58,351 nucleotides of DNA from an uncultured Gammaproteobacteria bacterium (lineage in GTDB: Bacteria > Patescibacteriota > Microgenomatia > UBA12405 > JAHJSD01), in NCBI GenBank assembly GCA_964468355.1, contig CAYXSV010000036.1, positions 1 to 58,351 on the forward strand, read 5' to 3'. Shown piece by piece: positions 1-9,486 of this stretch; the first letter of the stretch is position 1, and each line of letters starts with the position of its first letter. The notes under the pieces were generated by a model, which was not told the DNA's origin, searched no databases, and saw nothing but the letters and a program-made list of their open reading frames with translations. The translations under genes were made by a program, and so were the position numbers.

Positions 1-408
1 TTAGAATTTAAAAAGAAAAAATGGATAAAAGGCAGCGCCTGGTTTAAACCAAGAACCGACAGCTGGGACAGCCGAAAAATAGGCATAGCCGGACCGCCGA
101 TTAAAACCGATGCCGGCTGGCTTCTTTTATACCACGGTATTTCTGAAAAAGACCGTCATTACCGGGTAGGGGCAATGCTTCTTGATTTGGAAAACCCAAC
201 CCATGTTTTAGCCCGGTCAAAAGACCCACTGCTGGAACCACGTCTAAAACTTGAAATGCAAGGAGACGTTAACAATGTTGTTTATCCTTGCGGTGCAGTT
301 GTAAAAGAAGGAACACTTTATGTTTACTACGGCGGGGCGGATATTGCCTCAGGAGTCGCCGCCGTAAAGCTAGACAAATTAATCTATGACCTCCTCAACC
401 AAGACTGA
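1..408 (+). CDS. GH130-like glycoside hydrolase/phosphorylase, C-terminal fragment (5' end outside window)
   Basis: Frame 1 is open from nt 1 to TGA at 406-408. GWLLLYHG...YRVGAMLLDLENP...LYVYYGGAD pattern resembles GH130/DUF377 beta-propeller enzymes. Confidence 0.6.
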   Translation, partial: LEFKKKKWIKGSAWFKPRTDSWDSRKIGIAGPPIKTDAGWLLLYHGISEKDRHYRVGAMLLDLENPTHVLARSKDPLLEPRLKLEMQGDVNNVVYPCGAVVKEGTLYVYYGGADIASGVAAVKLDKLIYDLLNQD

Positions 409-414
409 ATCTTC

Positions 415-443
415 ATTTTAAAATAGAGTAGGGAAGTGGTAAA
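415..443 (+). repeat. 29-nt direct repeat copy 1 (ATTTTAAAATAGAGTAGGGAAGTGGTAAA), followed by a 4-codon mini-ORF ATG ACT TTG CAG TAA
   Basis: Differs at 1 of 29 positions from 555-583. Contains an SD-like GGGAAGTGG. Confidence 0.9.
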
Positions 444-554
444 TATGACTTTGCAGTAATACAAACAGTTAGTGGTTTAAAATCAAACCACTGTCAACTT
501 TTGTTTACGATCGTGGGAAAATAACGTACAAGTTATAGGATAACAAGATTGGTT

Positions 555-583
555 ATTTTAAAATAGAGTAGGGGAGTGGTAAA
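555..583 (+). repeat. 29-nt direct repeat copy 2, directly abutting the tyrS ATG
   Basis: ATTTTAAAATAGAGTAGGGGAGTGGTAAA followed by ATG at 584. Confidence 0.9.
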
Positions 584-1729
584 ATGAAAAAAATGGATGT
601 TGATGAAAAATTGAATTTGATCACCAGAAACTGCGAAGAAATAATGACCGAAGAAGATCTTCGGCAATTAATTAAATCCAACACTAAACTAAATCATTAC
701 ATCGGGTTTGAAATTTCCGGCATGGTTCATCTGGGTACCGGCCTAATGAGTATGGGCAAAATCGCTGATTTTTTACAAGCCGGTGTCAAATGTAATGTTT
801 TATTGGCTGACTTTCACTCATATTTAAATAATAAACTTAGCGGTAATTGGCATAATATACGCCGGGCAACCGACTCTTATTTTAAGCAAGGCCTAATTGC
901 GTCTTTAAAATGTTTTGACATTAATGTTGACCAGGAAATATCAAAAGGCAATTTGAAGTTTATCATTGGCAAAGATCTGTACAAAGAAAATCTTATCCAC
1001 TGGGAAACATTTATGGAAGTCGGTAAACATATTACTTTAGCTAGAAATTTAAGGTCAATTTCTATAATGGGAAAAAAAGAAGGAAAAAGCGTTGACATGG
1101 CAACTCTTTTTTATCCGCCGTTACAAGTTGCCGACATTTTTACTTTGCAGGCAAATTTAGTCCACGCCGGAATTGATCAACGTAAAGCCCACGCCAACGC
1201 CCGCGATATTAGTCAAAAATTAACAATTAATCCTCTTAAAAACAACCAAGGACAAGTCATTTCACCGGTTGCCGCTCATCATAATACTATCGCCGGTTTA
1301 GAAGGACCGAAAACCAAGAAAGAAACCGGCGACGAGTTAAAAATGAGTAAATCAAAACCTAAATCAGCTATATTTGTACATGACACACCGAAAGAAGTAA
1401 AAGAAAAAATCAAATCAGCTTATTGTCCGCCTAAAGAAATCGAGTTTAATCCGATAATCAATTGGGTGGAAACTTTGATCTTTTGGGGAGCGGAGAAGGT
1501 GGAAAAGGGATTAAAAATTAGTAGAGACAAAAAATACGGCGGAAACCTCGAATATCAGAAAATTAACCAGTTGAAAAAAGATTATCAAGCCGGAAACTTG
1601 CACCCTTTGGACTTAAAACACGGCGTAGCCGACTGGCTGATTAATAAACTGAAACCGGCCAGAGAACATTTTCAAAAAGGAGAAGCAAAAGAAGGACTAG
1701 AATTAATGAGAAAATTAGTTAATGGTTAA
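584..1729 (+). CDS. tyrS: Tyrosyl-tRNA synthetase, archaeal/eukaryotic-type
   Basis: YIGFEISGMVHLGTG (HIGH-like) and KMSKSKP (KMSKS) motifs. KIKSAYCPP...NPI...KYGGNL...LHPLDLKHGVA resembles my recollection of the Methanocaldococcus-type TyrRS layout. Confidence 0.88.
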   Translation: MKKMDVDEKLNLITRNCEEIMTEEDLRQLIKSNTKLNHYIGFEISGMVHLGTGLMSMGKIADFLQAGVKCNVLLADFHSYLNNKLSGNWHNIRRATDSYFKQGLIASLKCFDINVDQEISKGNLKFIIGKDLYKENLIHWETFMEVGKHITLARNLRSISIMGKKEGKSVDMATLFYPPLQVADIFTLQANLVHAGIDQRKAHANARDISQKLTINPLKNNQGQVISPVAAHHNTIAGLEGPKTKKETGDELKMSKSKPKSAIFVHDTPKEVKEKIKSAYCPPKEIEFNPIINWVETLIFWGAEKVEKGLKISRDKKYGGNLEYQKINQLKKDYQAGNLHPLDLKHGVADWLINKLKPAREHFQKGEAKEGLELMRKLVNG

Positions 1730-1750
1730 CAGCAAACAGTGAATAGTGAT
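1723..1750. repeat. Heptad array (TGGTTAA CAGCAAA CAGTGAA TAGTGAT), solo arm
   Basis: 7-nt periodicity. 1725-1749 is near-identical to 40609-40633. Covers the tyrS stop codon and the next gene's GTG start. Confidence 0.75.
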
Positions 1751-2075
1751 TAAAAAGATAAAATCAAAAATTGAAAAATTACCCAAGACAATATTTTACA
1801 GCGGTATTGTTACAATCATTTGGGAAATTATCTTAATCTGGCGAGACACTCATTGGACAAATTATTTTTTATTAATTTCCGGAGCAGTTGTTGGATATTT
1901 AATTATGGAAATTGATTGGGTTTTCCCTAAAAAAGAAATACGCAAGTTTCTACCAATTATTATTCTACCCTTAACAATTTTTATACTTACTTCAACCAGC
2001 GGAATTTTAGGAAAATCAATAATTATTTTTCTTAATATTAGATTAATTATTGAAGAATTCAATTTACTACCATGA
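1746..2075 (+). CDS. Small integral membrane protein, unknown function (GTG start)
   Basis: 109-aa ORF with about three hydrophobic segments, tightly packed between neighbouring genes. Confidence 0.45.
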   Translation: MIKKIKSKIEKLPKTIFYSGIVTIIWEIILIWRDTHWTNYFLLISGAVVGYLIMEIDWVFPKKEIRKFLPIIILPLTIFILTSTSGILGKSIIIFLNIRLIIEEFNLLP

Positions 2076-2272
2076 ATCCACACCTAAAAATTGATAAACA
2101 AAAATGTATCGGCTGTGGACTTTGCCCGTCAATGGATTCGGAAACATTTGAGATGGACTATGAAAAAGGAAAAGCAAAAATAAAAAAACAACCATTAAAA
2201 ATTACTGAAAAAATTAGTAGAGCAATTAGGCATTGTCCGGTGTCAGCAATAGAAATTAAAAAAAATGAATAA
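2072..2272 (+). CDS. Small 4Fe-4S-type ferredoxin
   Basis: CIGCGLCP cluster motif plus a distal C-P (HCPVSAI). 66 aa. 4-nt overlap with the upstream ORF. Confidence 0.7.
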   Translation: MNPHLKIDKQKCIGCGLCPSMDSETFEMDYEKGKAKIKKQPLKITEKISRAIRHCPVSAIEIKKNE

Positions 2273-3050
2273 ACAAAACCTGTCAGGATTATTTTTATTA
2301 CTTGCTGCCTGCAGTGGATTTTTAGCTGGAGTTATCTGGCAAAAATCAACTGCTCAACCAACAGCTCAACAAAACTACACTAAACAGCAAGAAAAAAATA
2401 TCCGGTTTAAACCGTCAAAGTCTGAACAACCAACGGTAAAAATTTATCTTAAAGGACGGCAAACAAACGAGGAAAATTTTAAAAAAAACATTAAAAAAGC
2501 AGCTGTTTTTTTTGGCGACAAAGTTAAATGGACACCTTACTATTATTTTTATTCAGATAATAATCCTAATGACCCAGGCAGATGCATCCAGACAGAAAAC
2601 AATTATCTATGTTCTTTAGAAAACCGATTTCAACTTAACCAAAACATTAGAGAAATATGCGCCTGGGAGTTAAGTGAAAATCGCCAAAACTGGTGGCAGT
2701 TTATTATTGAAACAGAAGAAAAGTGCCCGCTTTCAGAAATAGATCAATGTTGGCAAGCTGTAGCTAAGAATCTCAATCTGCCGGTTAATGAAATCCAGAA
2801 TTGTTTTAGCACCAGAGGAATAGATATTATTAAAAACCAAATAACAAATTTAAACAAAACAAAAATTGACCGCTTTCCAAAGATTGAAATTAATAATACT
2901 AATTTGCCTCTTTTAGCCGACGGTCACCAAATTACAACAAGTGTAAAAATTAATGAAAAATATTTTCGAAGCCAAGAAATTAACTCTGCCCAGTATTTTA
3001 TTTCGGCAATTTGCTCCTCTTTTGAACAAACACCGGAAATTTGCCAATAA
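2265..3050 (+). CDS. Hypothetical secreted/lipoprotein-like protein
   Basis: N-terminal LLLAAC lipobox-like signal. Several paired Cys. No recognisable catalytic motif. Confidence 0.45.
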   Translation: MNKQNLSGLFLLLAACSGFLAGVIWQKSTAQPTAQQNYTKQQEKNIRFKPSKSEQPTVKIYLKGRQTNEENFKKNIKKAAVFFGDKVKWTPYYYFYSDNNPNDPGRCIQTENNYLCSLENRFQLNQNIREICAWELSENRQNWWQFIIETEEKCPLSEIDQCWQAVAKNLNLPVNEIQNCFSTRGIDIIKNQITNLNKTKIDRFPKIEINNTNLPLLADGHQITTSVKINEKYFRSQEINSAQYFISAICSSFEQTPEICQ

Positions 3051-3068
3051 TTAGGGAGTAAATTATCC

Positions 3069-3097
3069 TTGAATACTCAAGCTAAATAGATTATAAT
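3069..3097 (+). promoter_or_regulatory. Sigma70-like promoter TTGAAT-17-TATAAT upstream of the gyrB leader
   Basis: -35 at 3069-3074, exact 17-nt spacer, -10 at 3092-3097. Confidence 0.45.
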
Positions 3098-3141
3098 TTT
3101 ATTAGTAGAAATGAGCTGACCTGCTTAAAAATACTGCAGGA

Positions 3142-3167
3142 AATTCTGCTTAGCAGAATTTTTTTTT
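3142..3167 (+). terminator. Intrinsic terminator-like hairpin (8-bp stem AATTCTGC/GCAGAATT, 3-nt loop, T7 tract), 20 nt before the gyrB ATG
   Basis: Perfect stem 3142-3149/3153-3160 followed by TTTTTTT at 3161-3167. Confidence 0.6.
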
Positions 3168-3187
3168 GCTCCAAAAATGAAATAAAT

Positions 3188-5155
3188 ATGGCAAATCAGA
3201 AAAATAAAAACGATTTTATTGAAAAATACACCGGCGACCAAATTGTTGTTCTTGAAGGTTTAGCACCGGTCAGAAAACGACCGGCGATGTATATCGGCTC
3301 AACAAATGAGAGCGGCTTACATCATTGTCTTTACGAAATAGTTGATAACGCTATTGACGAAGCATTAGCCGGAGCGGCTGAAAACGTCTGGACTATTCTT
3401 AATGAAGACCAATCAATAACTGTTATTGACGACGGCCGTGGAATACCGGTTGACGAACACCCGAAATACAAAAAATCAACCTTGGAAATAGTAATGACAA
3501 AGCTTCATGCCGGAGGTAAATTCGAAGGCGAGGCCTACAAAATTTCAGGAGGACTTCACGGTGTCGGCTCAAGTGTTGTTAACGCGTTATCAGTTTCAAT
3601 GGAAGTAGAAGTCCATCGCGAGGGAAAAATTTATTACCAAGCTTATAAAAGAGGTCAGCCGAAAAACAAAGTAAAAGAAATTGACCAATCTAAATTTTCT
3701 GAAGCAAAAAAGTTTTTATCTAATAATAAAACTGGAACAATTGTTAATTTTAAACCGGATCCGGAAATTTTTACCGAAACAACCGAATTTAAACCAAAGA
3801 CCATAAAAGATTCTCTTCGAGATAGAGCATTTTTAATCTCCGGCCTCTTTTTTCATTTTCATAATAACATAAGAAAAAGCGAATACCATTTTTATTTTGA
3901 AGGTGGAATCCGGTCATTACTTAGCCAATTAAATGAAGGAAAAGACACTGTTCATGAACCAATTTATATTCAAGGAATTGAAGACGATGAAGAAGTAGAA
4001 ATTGCTCTACAATACACGGACAGTCAAAGAACAAATATTGTTTCTTTTGTCAACGTAATCAATACCCAGGAAGGAGGCACTCATGAATCCGGATTTAAAA
4101 GTGCCTTAACCAGAACAATTAAGAAATACGCTGAAAAAAACGATTTACTTAAGAAAATTAAAAACGGAACAATCCGCGGGAAAGACACCCGGGAGGGATT
4201 AACGGCTGTAATTTCCGTTAAAATGCCCTCTAAAGAGCTCCAGTTCGAAGGCCAAACTAAAGGCAAACTAGGCAACAGTGAAATTAGACCCCTGGTTGCA
4301 AAAATAGCTCGTCAAGGGTTAGAAACTCATTTTGAGGAGCACCCCGGAATTACCAACTCAATACTTGAAAAGATTATGCTCACTGTACGGGCCAGAAAGG
4401 CGGCAAAAGCAGCCCGTGATGCAATATCCAGAAAAGGCATCTTTGACTCACTTGGGCTGCCGGGTAAACTAGCTGACTGCCAATCAAAAGAACCGGGAAA
4501 ATCAGAACTATTTATAGTTGAGGGTGATTCTGCCGGCGGTTCAGCAAAACAAGGCAGAGATAGAAAATTTCAGGCAATACTTCCACTTAGAGGGAAAGTA
4601 CTCAACACTGAAAAAGCTCCACTGGATAAAATAGTAGAATTTCCGGAACTAAAAGATTTAATTGTCGCTTTAGGTGTCGGTATAGGCGAGGAAATTGACA
4701 TGACGAAACTCAGATATCACCGAATAATAATTATGACTGACGCTGATGTGGACGGAGCCCATATCGCCACTTTGCTGTTGACTTTCTTCTTCAGATATCT
4801 GCCTGAAATTATCAGACAAGGAAACCTGTATATTGCTCAACCGCCGCTGTTTAAAATAAAAGCCGGGAAAAACGAACAGTATATCTATACCGAAAAAGAT
4901 AAAGATAAATTAATTGCTAAGTTCAGCCAAAAATATAAGAAAATTAATATCCAGCGTTATAAAGGTTTAGGTGAAATGAACCCGGACCAACTCTGGAACA
5001 CAACAATGAATCCGAAAAACCGTATTTTAAAATTGGTTGAAATTGAAGATGCTGAAAGAGCAGATGAAACATTTTCAACTTTAATGGGAAAAAAAGTTCC
5101 GCCGAGAAGGCATTTTATCCAAACACATGCTAAAATGGCAACGTTGGATATATAG
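3188..5155 (+). CDS. gyrB: DNA gyrase subunit B
   Basis: GHKL ATPase motifs (YEIVDNAIDE, GLHGVG), Toprim EGDSAGG, DADVDGAHI, QRYKGLGEMNP. Confidence 0.97.
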   Translation: MANQKNKNDFIEKYTGDQIVVLEGLAPVRKRPAMYIGSTNESGLHHCLYEIVDNAIDEALAGAAENVWTILNEDQSITVIDDGRGIPVDEHPKYKKSTLEIVMTKLHAGGKFEGEAYKISGGLHGVGSSVVNALSVSMEVEVHREGKIYYQAYKRGQPKNKVKEIDQSKFSEAKKFLSNNKTGTIVNFKPDPEIFTETTEFKPKTIKDSLRDRAFLISGLFFHFHNNIRKSEYHFYFEGGIRSLLSQLNEGKDTVHEPIYIQGIEDDEEVEIALQYTDSQRTNIVSFVNVINTQEGGTHESGFKSALTRTIKKYAEKNDLLKKIKNGTIRGKDTREGLTAVISVKMPSKELQFEGQTKGKLGNSEIRPLVAKIARQGLETHFEEHPGITNSILEKIMLTVRARKAAKAARDAISRKGIFDSLGLPGKLADCQSKEPGKSELFIVEGDSAGGSAKQGRDRKFQAILPLRGKVLNTEKAPLDKIVEFPELKDLIVALGVGIGEEIDMTKLRYHRIIIMTDADVDGAHIATLLLTFFFRYLPEIIRQGNLYIAQPPLFKIKAGKNEQYIYTEKDKDKLIAKFSQKYKKINIQRYKGLGEMNPDQLWNTTMNPKNRILKLVEIEDAERADETFSTLMGKKVPPRRHFIQTHAKMATLDI

Positions 5156-5160
5156 GAAAC

Positions 5161-5222
5161 GCAAACTAAGGTTTGCTATTACAATATGCAAAGGATGTTT
5201 GTAATAGCAGGCTTTAGCCTGC
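5161..5222. repeat. REP-like element: inverted pair of the 22-nt hairpin motif GCAAACTAAGGTTTGCTATTAC / GTAATAGCAGGCTTTAGCCTGC
   Basis: Each copy is itself a 6-bp stem hairpin. Related copies lie at 17671-17784 and 42881-42931. Confidence 0.75.
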
Positions 5223-5255
5223 GTTACTTAAATTATTAATTTAAAAAAAAATATA

Positions 5256-5780
5256 ATGAATAAACCAATACCCAGCGGCCCAAAAACACCGGAAATAGTT
5301 TATTGCTTAGTAGAAATACCTAAACGTGGAACTAATAAATACGAGTTTGACCACGAACTGAATCAATTAATCTTGGACCGTGTTTTACCCGGGTCCGTAT
5401 TTTACCCAACCGAATACGGCTATATACCCTCTACCTTAGCCGAAGACAATGACCCGTTGGATATAATGGTCTTAGCTTCATCAACTACTATTCCGGGCTG
5501 TTTAATACGCTCACGGGTAATCGGCGGCCTTGATATTGAGGATACCGGGGAAAGAGACACGAAAATTATTGCAGCGGCAGAAAATGATGCAAGAATGTGT
5601 AATTATCAAAATCTTAATGATCTTAACCAAGCAATCAAAGAAGAAATTGTAGATTTTTGGCAAAGTTATGCAAAACTAGAACAAAACAAGGATATCAAGG
5701 TAGAGAAATGGATGAATAAAAATGAAGCTTATCAGGTAATAAAAGAAAGTGAAAAACGATGGCAAAAAGCAAACAAGTAA
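5256..5780 (+). CDS. ppa: Inorganic pyrophosphatase (family I)
   Basis: [39 protein letters not shown] motifs. Confidence 0.92.
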   Translation: MNKPIPSGPKTPEIVYCLVEIPKRGTNKYEFDHELNQLILDRVLPGSVFYPTEYGYIPSTLAEDNDPLDIMVLASSTTIPGCLIRSRVIGGLDIEDTGERDTKIIAAAENDARMCNYQNLNDLNQAIKEEIVDFWQSYAKLEQNKDIKVEKWMNKNEAYQVIKESEKRWQKANK

Positions 5781-8389
5781 AAACCGGCGACCAAATAAAA
5801 CACGTAAACATAACCACTGAAATGCGTCAAGCATACCTAGATTATGCAATGAGCGTTATTGTTTCTCGTGCACTTCCGGATGTAAAAGACGGCTTAAAAC
5901 CGGTCCAAAGAAGAATTCTTTACGCCATGCATCAGATGGGCCTGAAAAGCGGCGGCAGTCACAGCAAATCAGCCAAAATTGTCGGAGAAGTCCTAGGAAA
6001 ATATCATCCACACGGTGACAGCTCCAGCTATGGAGCGCTAGTCCACATGGCTCAAGAATTTTCAATGCGCTATTGTTTAGTTAACGGACAAGGCAACTTT
6101 GGATCAATTGACGGAGATCCACCGGCGGCAATGCGTTATACGGAAGCCAAATTAGCTAAAATTTCACGCGAAATGCTTCGGGATATAAATAAAGAAACGG
6201 TAGATTTTGTAGATAATTTTGACAGAACTTTAAAAGAACCGGTTGTGCTGCCGACTAAAATACCTAATCTTCTTTTAAATGGAGGTGACGGTATTGCCGT
6301 TGGTATGGCAACTAAAATTCCCCCGCACAATTTAACCGAAGTAATAAATGCTTTAATTCATATGATAGAAAAAGGAAAACTCGAAAAAAAAGAAATAAAA
6401 GAGGAGATAGAATTTAAAAAACTAACTAAAGAAAAATGTAAAAGCGCCGAAGAAGTAATTATGGAAGAAGTAAACCAACTGGCATCGCAAAAATATGAAT
6501 TTGAATCAAAAACTTCCAGTACCGACCTGTTGGATTATATAAAAGGACCTGATTTTCCAACAGCAGGGGAAATTTATGATCAAGAATCAATTACAAAGGC
6601 CTACACAACCGGAAAAGGAAAAATAACCATGCGAGGTAAAGCGCTAATTGAAGAAGCAAGCATGGGAAAACACAATATTGTCATCAATGAGCTCCCTTAC
6701 CAGGTTAATAAAGCAAAACTGGTTTCTAAAATAGCAAAACTAGCAAGAGACGAGAAAATAATCGGAATATCAGATTTAAGGGACGAATCAGACCGAAGGG
6801 GAATCCGCGTCGTTGTAGAATTAAAACGGACAGGCCGGCCTAAATCAATTCTTAACAAACTCTATAAATACACTAATCTACAAAAGACGTATCCGGCTAA
6901 TCTTGTTGCCCTGGTTGACGGCGTTCCCCAAACATTAAATTTGCGCCAGATTTTACTTCTTTTTGTTCGTCATCGTCATGAAATTGTCCGGCGCCGGGCT
7001 TTATATGACTTTAGGGAAGCAAAGTTTAGAGCACACATTCTGGAAGGTCTTAAAATTGCGCTTGACAATCTTGACGAAGTAATTGAAACCATCAAAAAAT
7101 CAAAAGACGCCAATATTGCCAAAGAAAACTTGATGAATAAATTTGAACTAACTGATATTCAAGCCCAGGCAATTCTTGACATGCAGTTGAAAAGATTAGC
7201 CGCACTTGAACGCCAAAAAATTGAAGCAGAATATAAAGAAATAAAAAATACGCTTGATAAACTTAAAAACTTGCTTACTAAACCAGCTGTAATGATTAAA
7301 AAGATTAAAAATGAATTAATTGAAATTAAAGACGAGTACGGCGATGAAAGAAAAACTAAAGTTTATAAAAGAAAAATTGGTGAAATAAATGAAGAGGATT
7401 TAATCGCAAAAGAGGAAGTAATTGTTACGATAACTAAAACCGGTTACATAAAACGGGTTAACAGAGGAACTTATCGAAGCCAAAGAAGGGGCGGTAAAGG
7501 AGTTCAAGGAATGACAACTAAAGAAGAAGACACAATTGAAGATTTATTTTCCTGCACAACACACGACTTAATCTACTTTTTCACCGACCAAGGCAAGGTT
7601 TATGAAAAGCGAGTCTGGGAAATTGAGGAGGGATCAAGAAAATCAAAAGGACAAGCGATTATAAATTTAATTAATATCGAGCAAGGTGAAAAAGTACAGG
7701 CCTTTTTAAAGCGCTCGGCTAAAAAAACTCCCGAAGAAAAATACGTTTTTTTGGCTACAGCAAAAGGCCAAGTAAAACGGATAAAATTAGAAAGATTTGA
7801 TAACATCAGAAAAACAGGAATAATTGCTATTGGATTGAAAAAAAATGACGAACTAGTTGATGCCAAGATAACCGACGGGAAAAAACATGTTTTTCTAATT
7901 ACTAAAAAAGGTAAAAGTATCCGTTTTAAAGAAACTGATGCCCGGGCGATGGGGAGAAACGCTCAAGGGGTAAAAGGCATCAATTTAAAAAAAGACGATC
8001 AAGTTATCTCTTTAGATATCATACCCGAAAAAAAACCCATTCCAGACGATAAAAGAAGAAAGATTTTCCGACATCTTTTAATGGTAACCGAAAAGGGTCT
8101 TGGTAAAAGAACTGATGCCTATAAATATCCAGTTCAAAAACGAGCTGGAGTAGGCGTTAAAGTAGCTAAAATAAATAAAAAAACCGGTCTTGTTGCTACT
8201 GCACAAATCGTTAACCAAGATACAGAAAAGATAGTCCTAACCTCTAAAAAAGGAAAAATTATCAAACTTCCTTTAAAGAACATTCCCGTGTTAGGAAGAA
8301 CAACCCAAGGAGTTATTTTAATGCGGTTTAAAAACAAAGCTGAATCCATCTCCGCCATGGCCTGCCTCGACGCTATTACTAACGAATAA
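5759..8389 (+). CDS. gyrA: DNA gyrase subunit A
   Basis: [36 protein letters not shown], catalytic AAMRYTE, and C-terminal beta-pinwheel repeats. 22-nt overlap with ppa. Confidence 0.97.
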   Translation: MAKSKQVKTGDQIKHVNITTEMRQAYLDYAMSVIVSRALPDVKDGLKPVQRRILYAMHQMGLKSGGSHSKSAKIVGEVLGKYHPHGDSSSYGALVHMAQEFSMRYCLVNGQGNFGSIDGDPPAAMRYTEAKLAKISREMLRDINKETVDFVDNFDRTLKEPVVLPTKIPNLLLNGGDGIAVGMATKIPPHNLTEVINALIHMIEKGKLEKKEIKEEIEFKKLTKEKCKSAEEVIMEEVNQLASQKYEFESKTSSTDLLDYIKGPDFPTAGEIYDQESITKAYTTGKGKITMRGKALIEEASMGKHNIVINELPYQVNKAKLVSKIAKLARDEKIIGISDLRDESDRRGIRVVVELKRTGRPKSILNKLYKYTNLQKTYPANLVALVDGVPQTLNLRQILLLFVRHRHEIVRRRALYDFREAKFRAHILEGLKIALDNLDEVIETIKKSKDANIAKENLMNKFELTDIQAQAILDMQLKRLAALERQKIEAEYKEIKNTLDKLKNLLTKPAVMIKKIKNELIEIKDEYGDERKTKVYKRKIGEINEEDLIAKEEVIVTITKTGYIKRVNRGTYRSQRRGGKGVQGMTTKEEDTIEDLFSCTTHDLIYFFTDQGKVYEKRVWEIEEGSRKSKGQAIINLINIEQGEKVQAFLKRSAKKTPEEKYVFLATAKGQVKRIKLERFDNIRKTGIIAIGLKKNDELVDAKITDGKKHVFLITKKGKSIRFKETDARAMGRNAQGVKGINLKKDDQVISLDIIPEKKPIPDDKRRKIFRHLLMVTEKGLGKRTDAYKYPVQKRAGVGVKVAKINKKTGLVATAQIVNQDTEKIVLTSKKGKIIKLPLKNIPVLGRTTQGVILMRFKNKAESISAMACLDAITNE

Positions 8390-8411
8390 CCTTGAATAAA
8401 ATCAAAGGTGG

Positions 8412-9365
8412 TTATTTATTGCCGGAGTGATACTTATTATGTGTCTCCTGAAGATGGCGGTCGGTAACATGTGTATAAATCTGGGTTGTAGAAATATTCT
8501 TGTGACCAAGCAATTCCTGAACGGCACGTAGGTCCGCGCCTTGTCTTAAAAGATCGGTAGCAAATGAATGACGCAAAACATGCGGAGTAACTTTAATCGG
8601 TATCTTTGCCTTCTTACGATACTTTTCTACCAACCGTTGGACCGAACGATCTGATAAACGCATTTCCTCATCATCCATTGAGGGATCCATTTTACCTGAA
8701 TACCTTATAAAAAGTGGATCGTAATGATCATCTCTGGCGGCCAAATATCGATCAAGCCATTTTACGGCTCTATCGGAAAGAAAGACTACCCTTCCTTTTT
8801 GTCCTTTACCAATCACTCCGACTTCACGAGTTTTTAAATTTATTTCATCCCTGTCCAACCCAACCAATTCGCTTACCCGCAAGCCAGTTGAAAACAGAGT
8901 TTCTAAAATTGCTTTATCTCTTAAACCAATTTTTGTTGATATTTTTGGTTGATTTAAAAATTTTAATAATTGTTCCGATTTAAGGAATTTTACCTGCCTT
9001 TCGTCTGTTTTAGGTAAATCAACTTTATCAGGAGTAACTTTTACGTTGTAATCATTCTTAATCAACCAACTTAGAAAGGATCTTAAGGCAATTATATGGT
9101 ATCCCTGGGTTTTTTTCTTTAAATAAGTCCCCTTACGAGTTTCAATTCTAGCCAGCCAAATACGGAATTTCCGCACATTTTTTGCGCTAAGATCGGATAG
9201 AGTAGGGGAGGATTCACTTTTTTTTGACTTCAAAAACTCATAAAAGCGTTTTAAATAATGGCGGTAATTTCTAATTGTTAACGGTGAACAGTTTCGCTCA
9301 ATTTCTAGAGAATCTAAAAATTTAGTTACTAAAGTCCATAAGTTTTTATTTTTAAAATTCGGCAT
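8412..9365 (-). CDS. Tyrosine site-specific recombinase, XerC/XerD-like
   Basis: C-terminal HVLRHSFATDLL...LLGHKNISTTQIYTHV (R-H-R-Y family motifs) and an N-terminal SAM-like core-binding domain. Confidence 0.88.
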   Translation of the reverse strand: MPNFKNKNLWTLVTKFLDSLEIERNCSPLTIRNYRHYLKRFYEFLKSKKSESSPTLSDLSAKNVRKFRIWLARIETRKGTYLKKKTQGYHIIALRSFLSWLIKNDYNVKVTPDKVDLPKTDERQVKFLKSEQLLKFLNQPKISTKIGLRDKAILETLFSTGLRVSELVGLDRDEINLKTREVGVIGKGQKGRVVFLSDRAVKWLDRYLAARDDHYDPLFIRYSGKMDPSMDDEEMRLSDRSVQRLVEKYRKKAKIPIKVTPHVLRHSFATDLLRQGADLRAVQELLGHKNISTTQIYTHVTDRHLQETHNKYHSGNK

Positions 9366-9372
9366 TATTTTT

Positions 9373-9401
9373 AAGTTAACATCATTTTAATTTAATGTCA
9401 A
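9373..9401 (-). promoter_or_regulatory. Candidate promoter TTGACA-17-TAACTT (TGT-extended), 7 nt from the recombinase ATG
   Basis: The minus strand reads TTGACA ttaaattaaaatgatgt TAACTT aaaaata ATG. No SD sequence. Confidence 0.35.
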
Positions 9402-9422
9402 GATTGTGCGACGTAGAAAAAA

Positions 9423-9486
9423 AGTAATCAGTAATTAGTAATTGGTAATTAGTAATTATTTCAAAATAGTTAGTAATTTAGTAATT
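9423..9486. repeat. Heptad array AGTAATC AGTAATT AGTAATT GGTAATT AGTAATT ... AGTAATT TAGTAATT
   Basis: 7-nt tandem periodicity. Same word family (reverse complement) as 43578-43612. Confidence 0.85.

Noticed and set aside
409-583. T-box riboswitch upstream of tyrS
   Set aside because: The leader is only about 170 nt, has no recognisable T-box motif (no AA..GGGTGGTACCGCG-like sequence), and has no specifier-loop architecture that I can fold.
9423-9486. Could the heptad or tandem arrays (here and at 16314, 29425, 42770 and elsewhere) be CRISPR arrays, given the Cas2-fold gene at 19127?
   Set aside because: The units are 7 nt long, contiguous and have no spacers. There are no 24-40-nt repeats alternating with unique spacers. 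No cas1 or effector genes are present. The 19127 protein matches the PaaX-like pattern as well as it matches the Cas2 fold.
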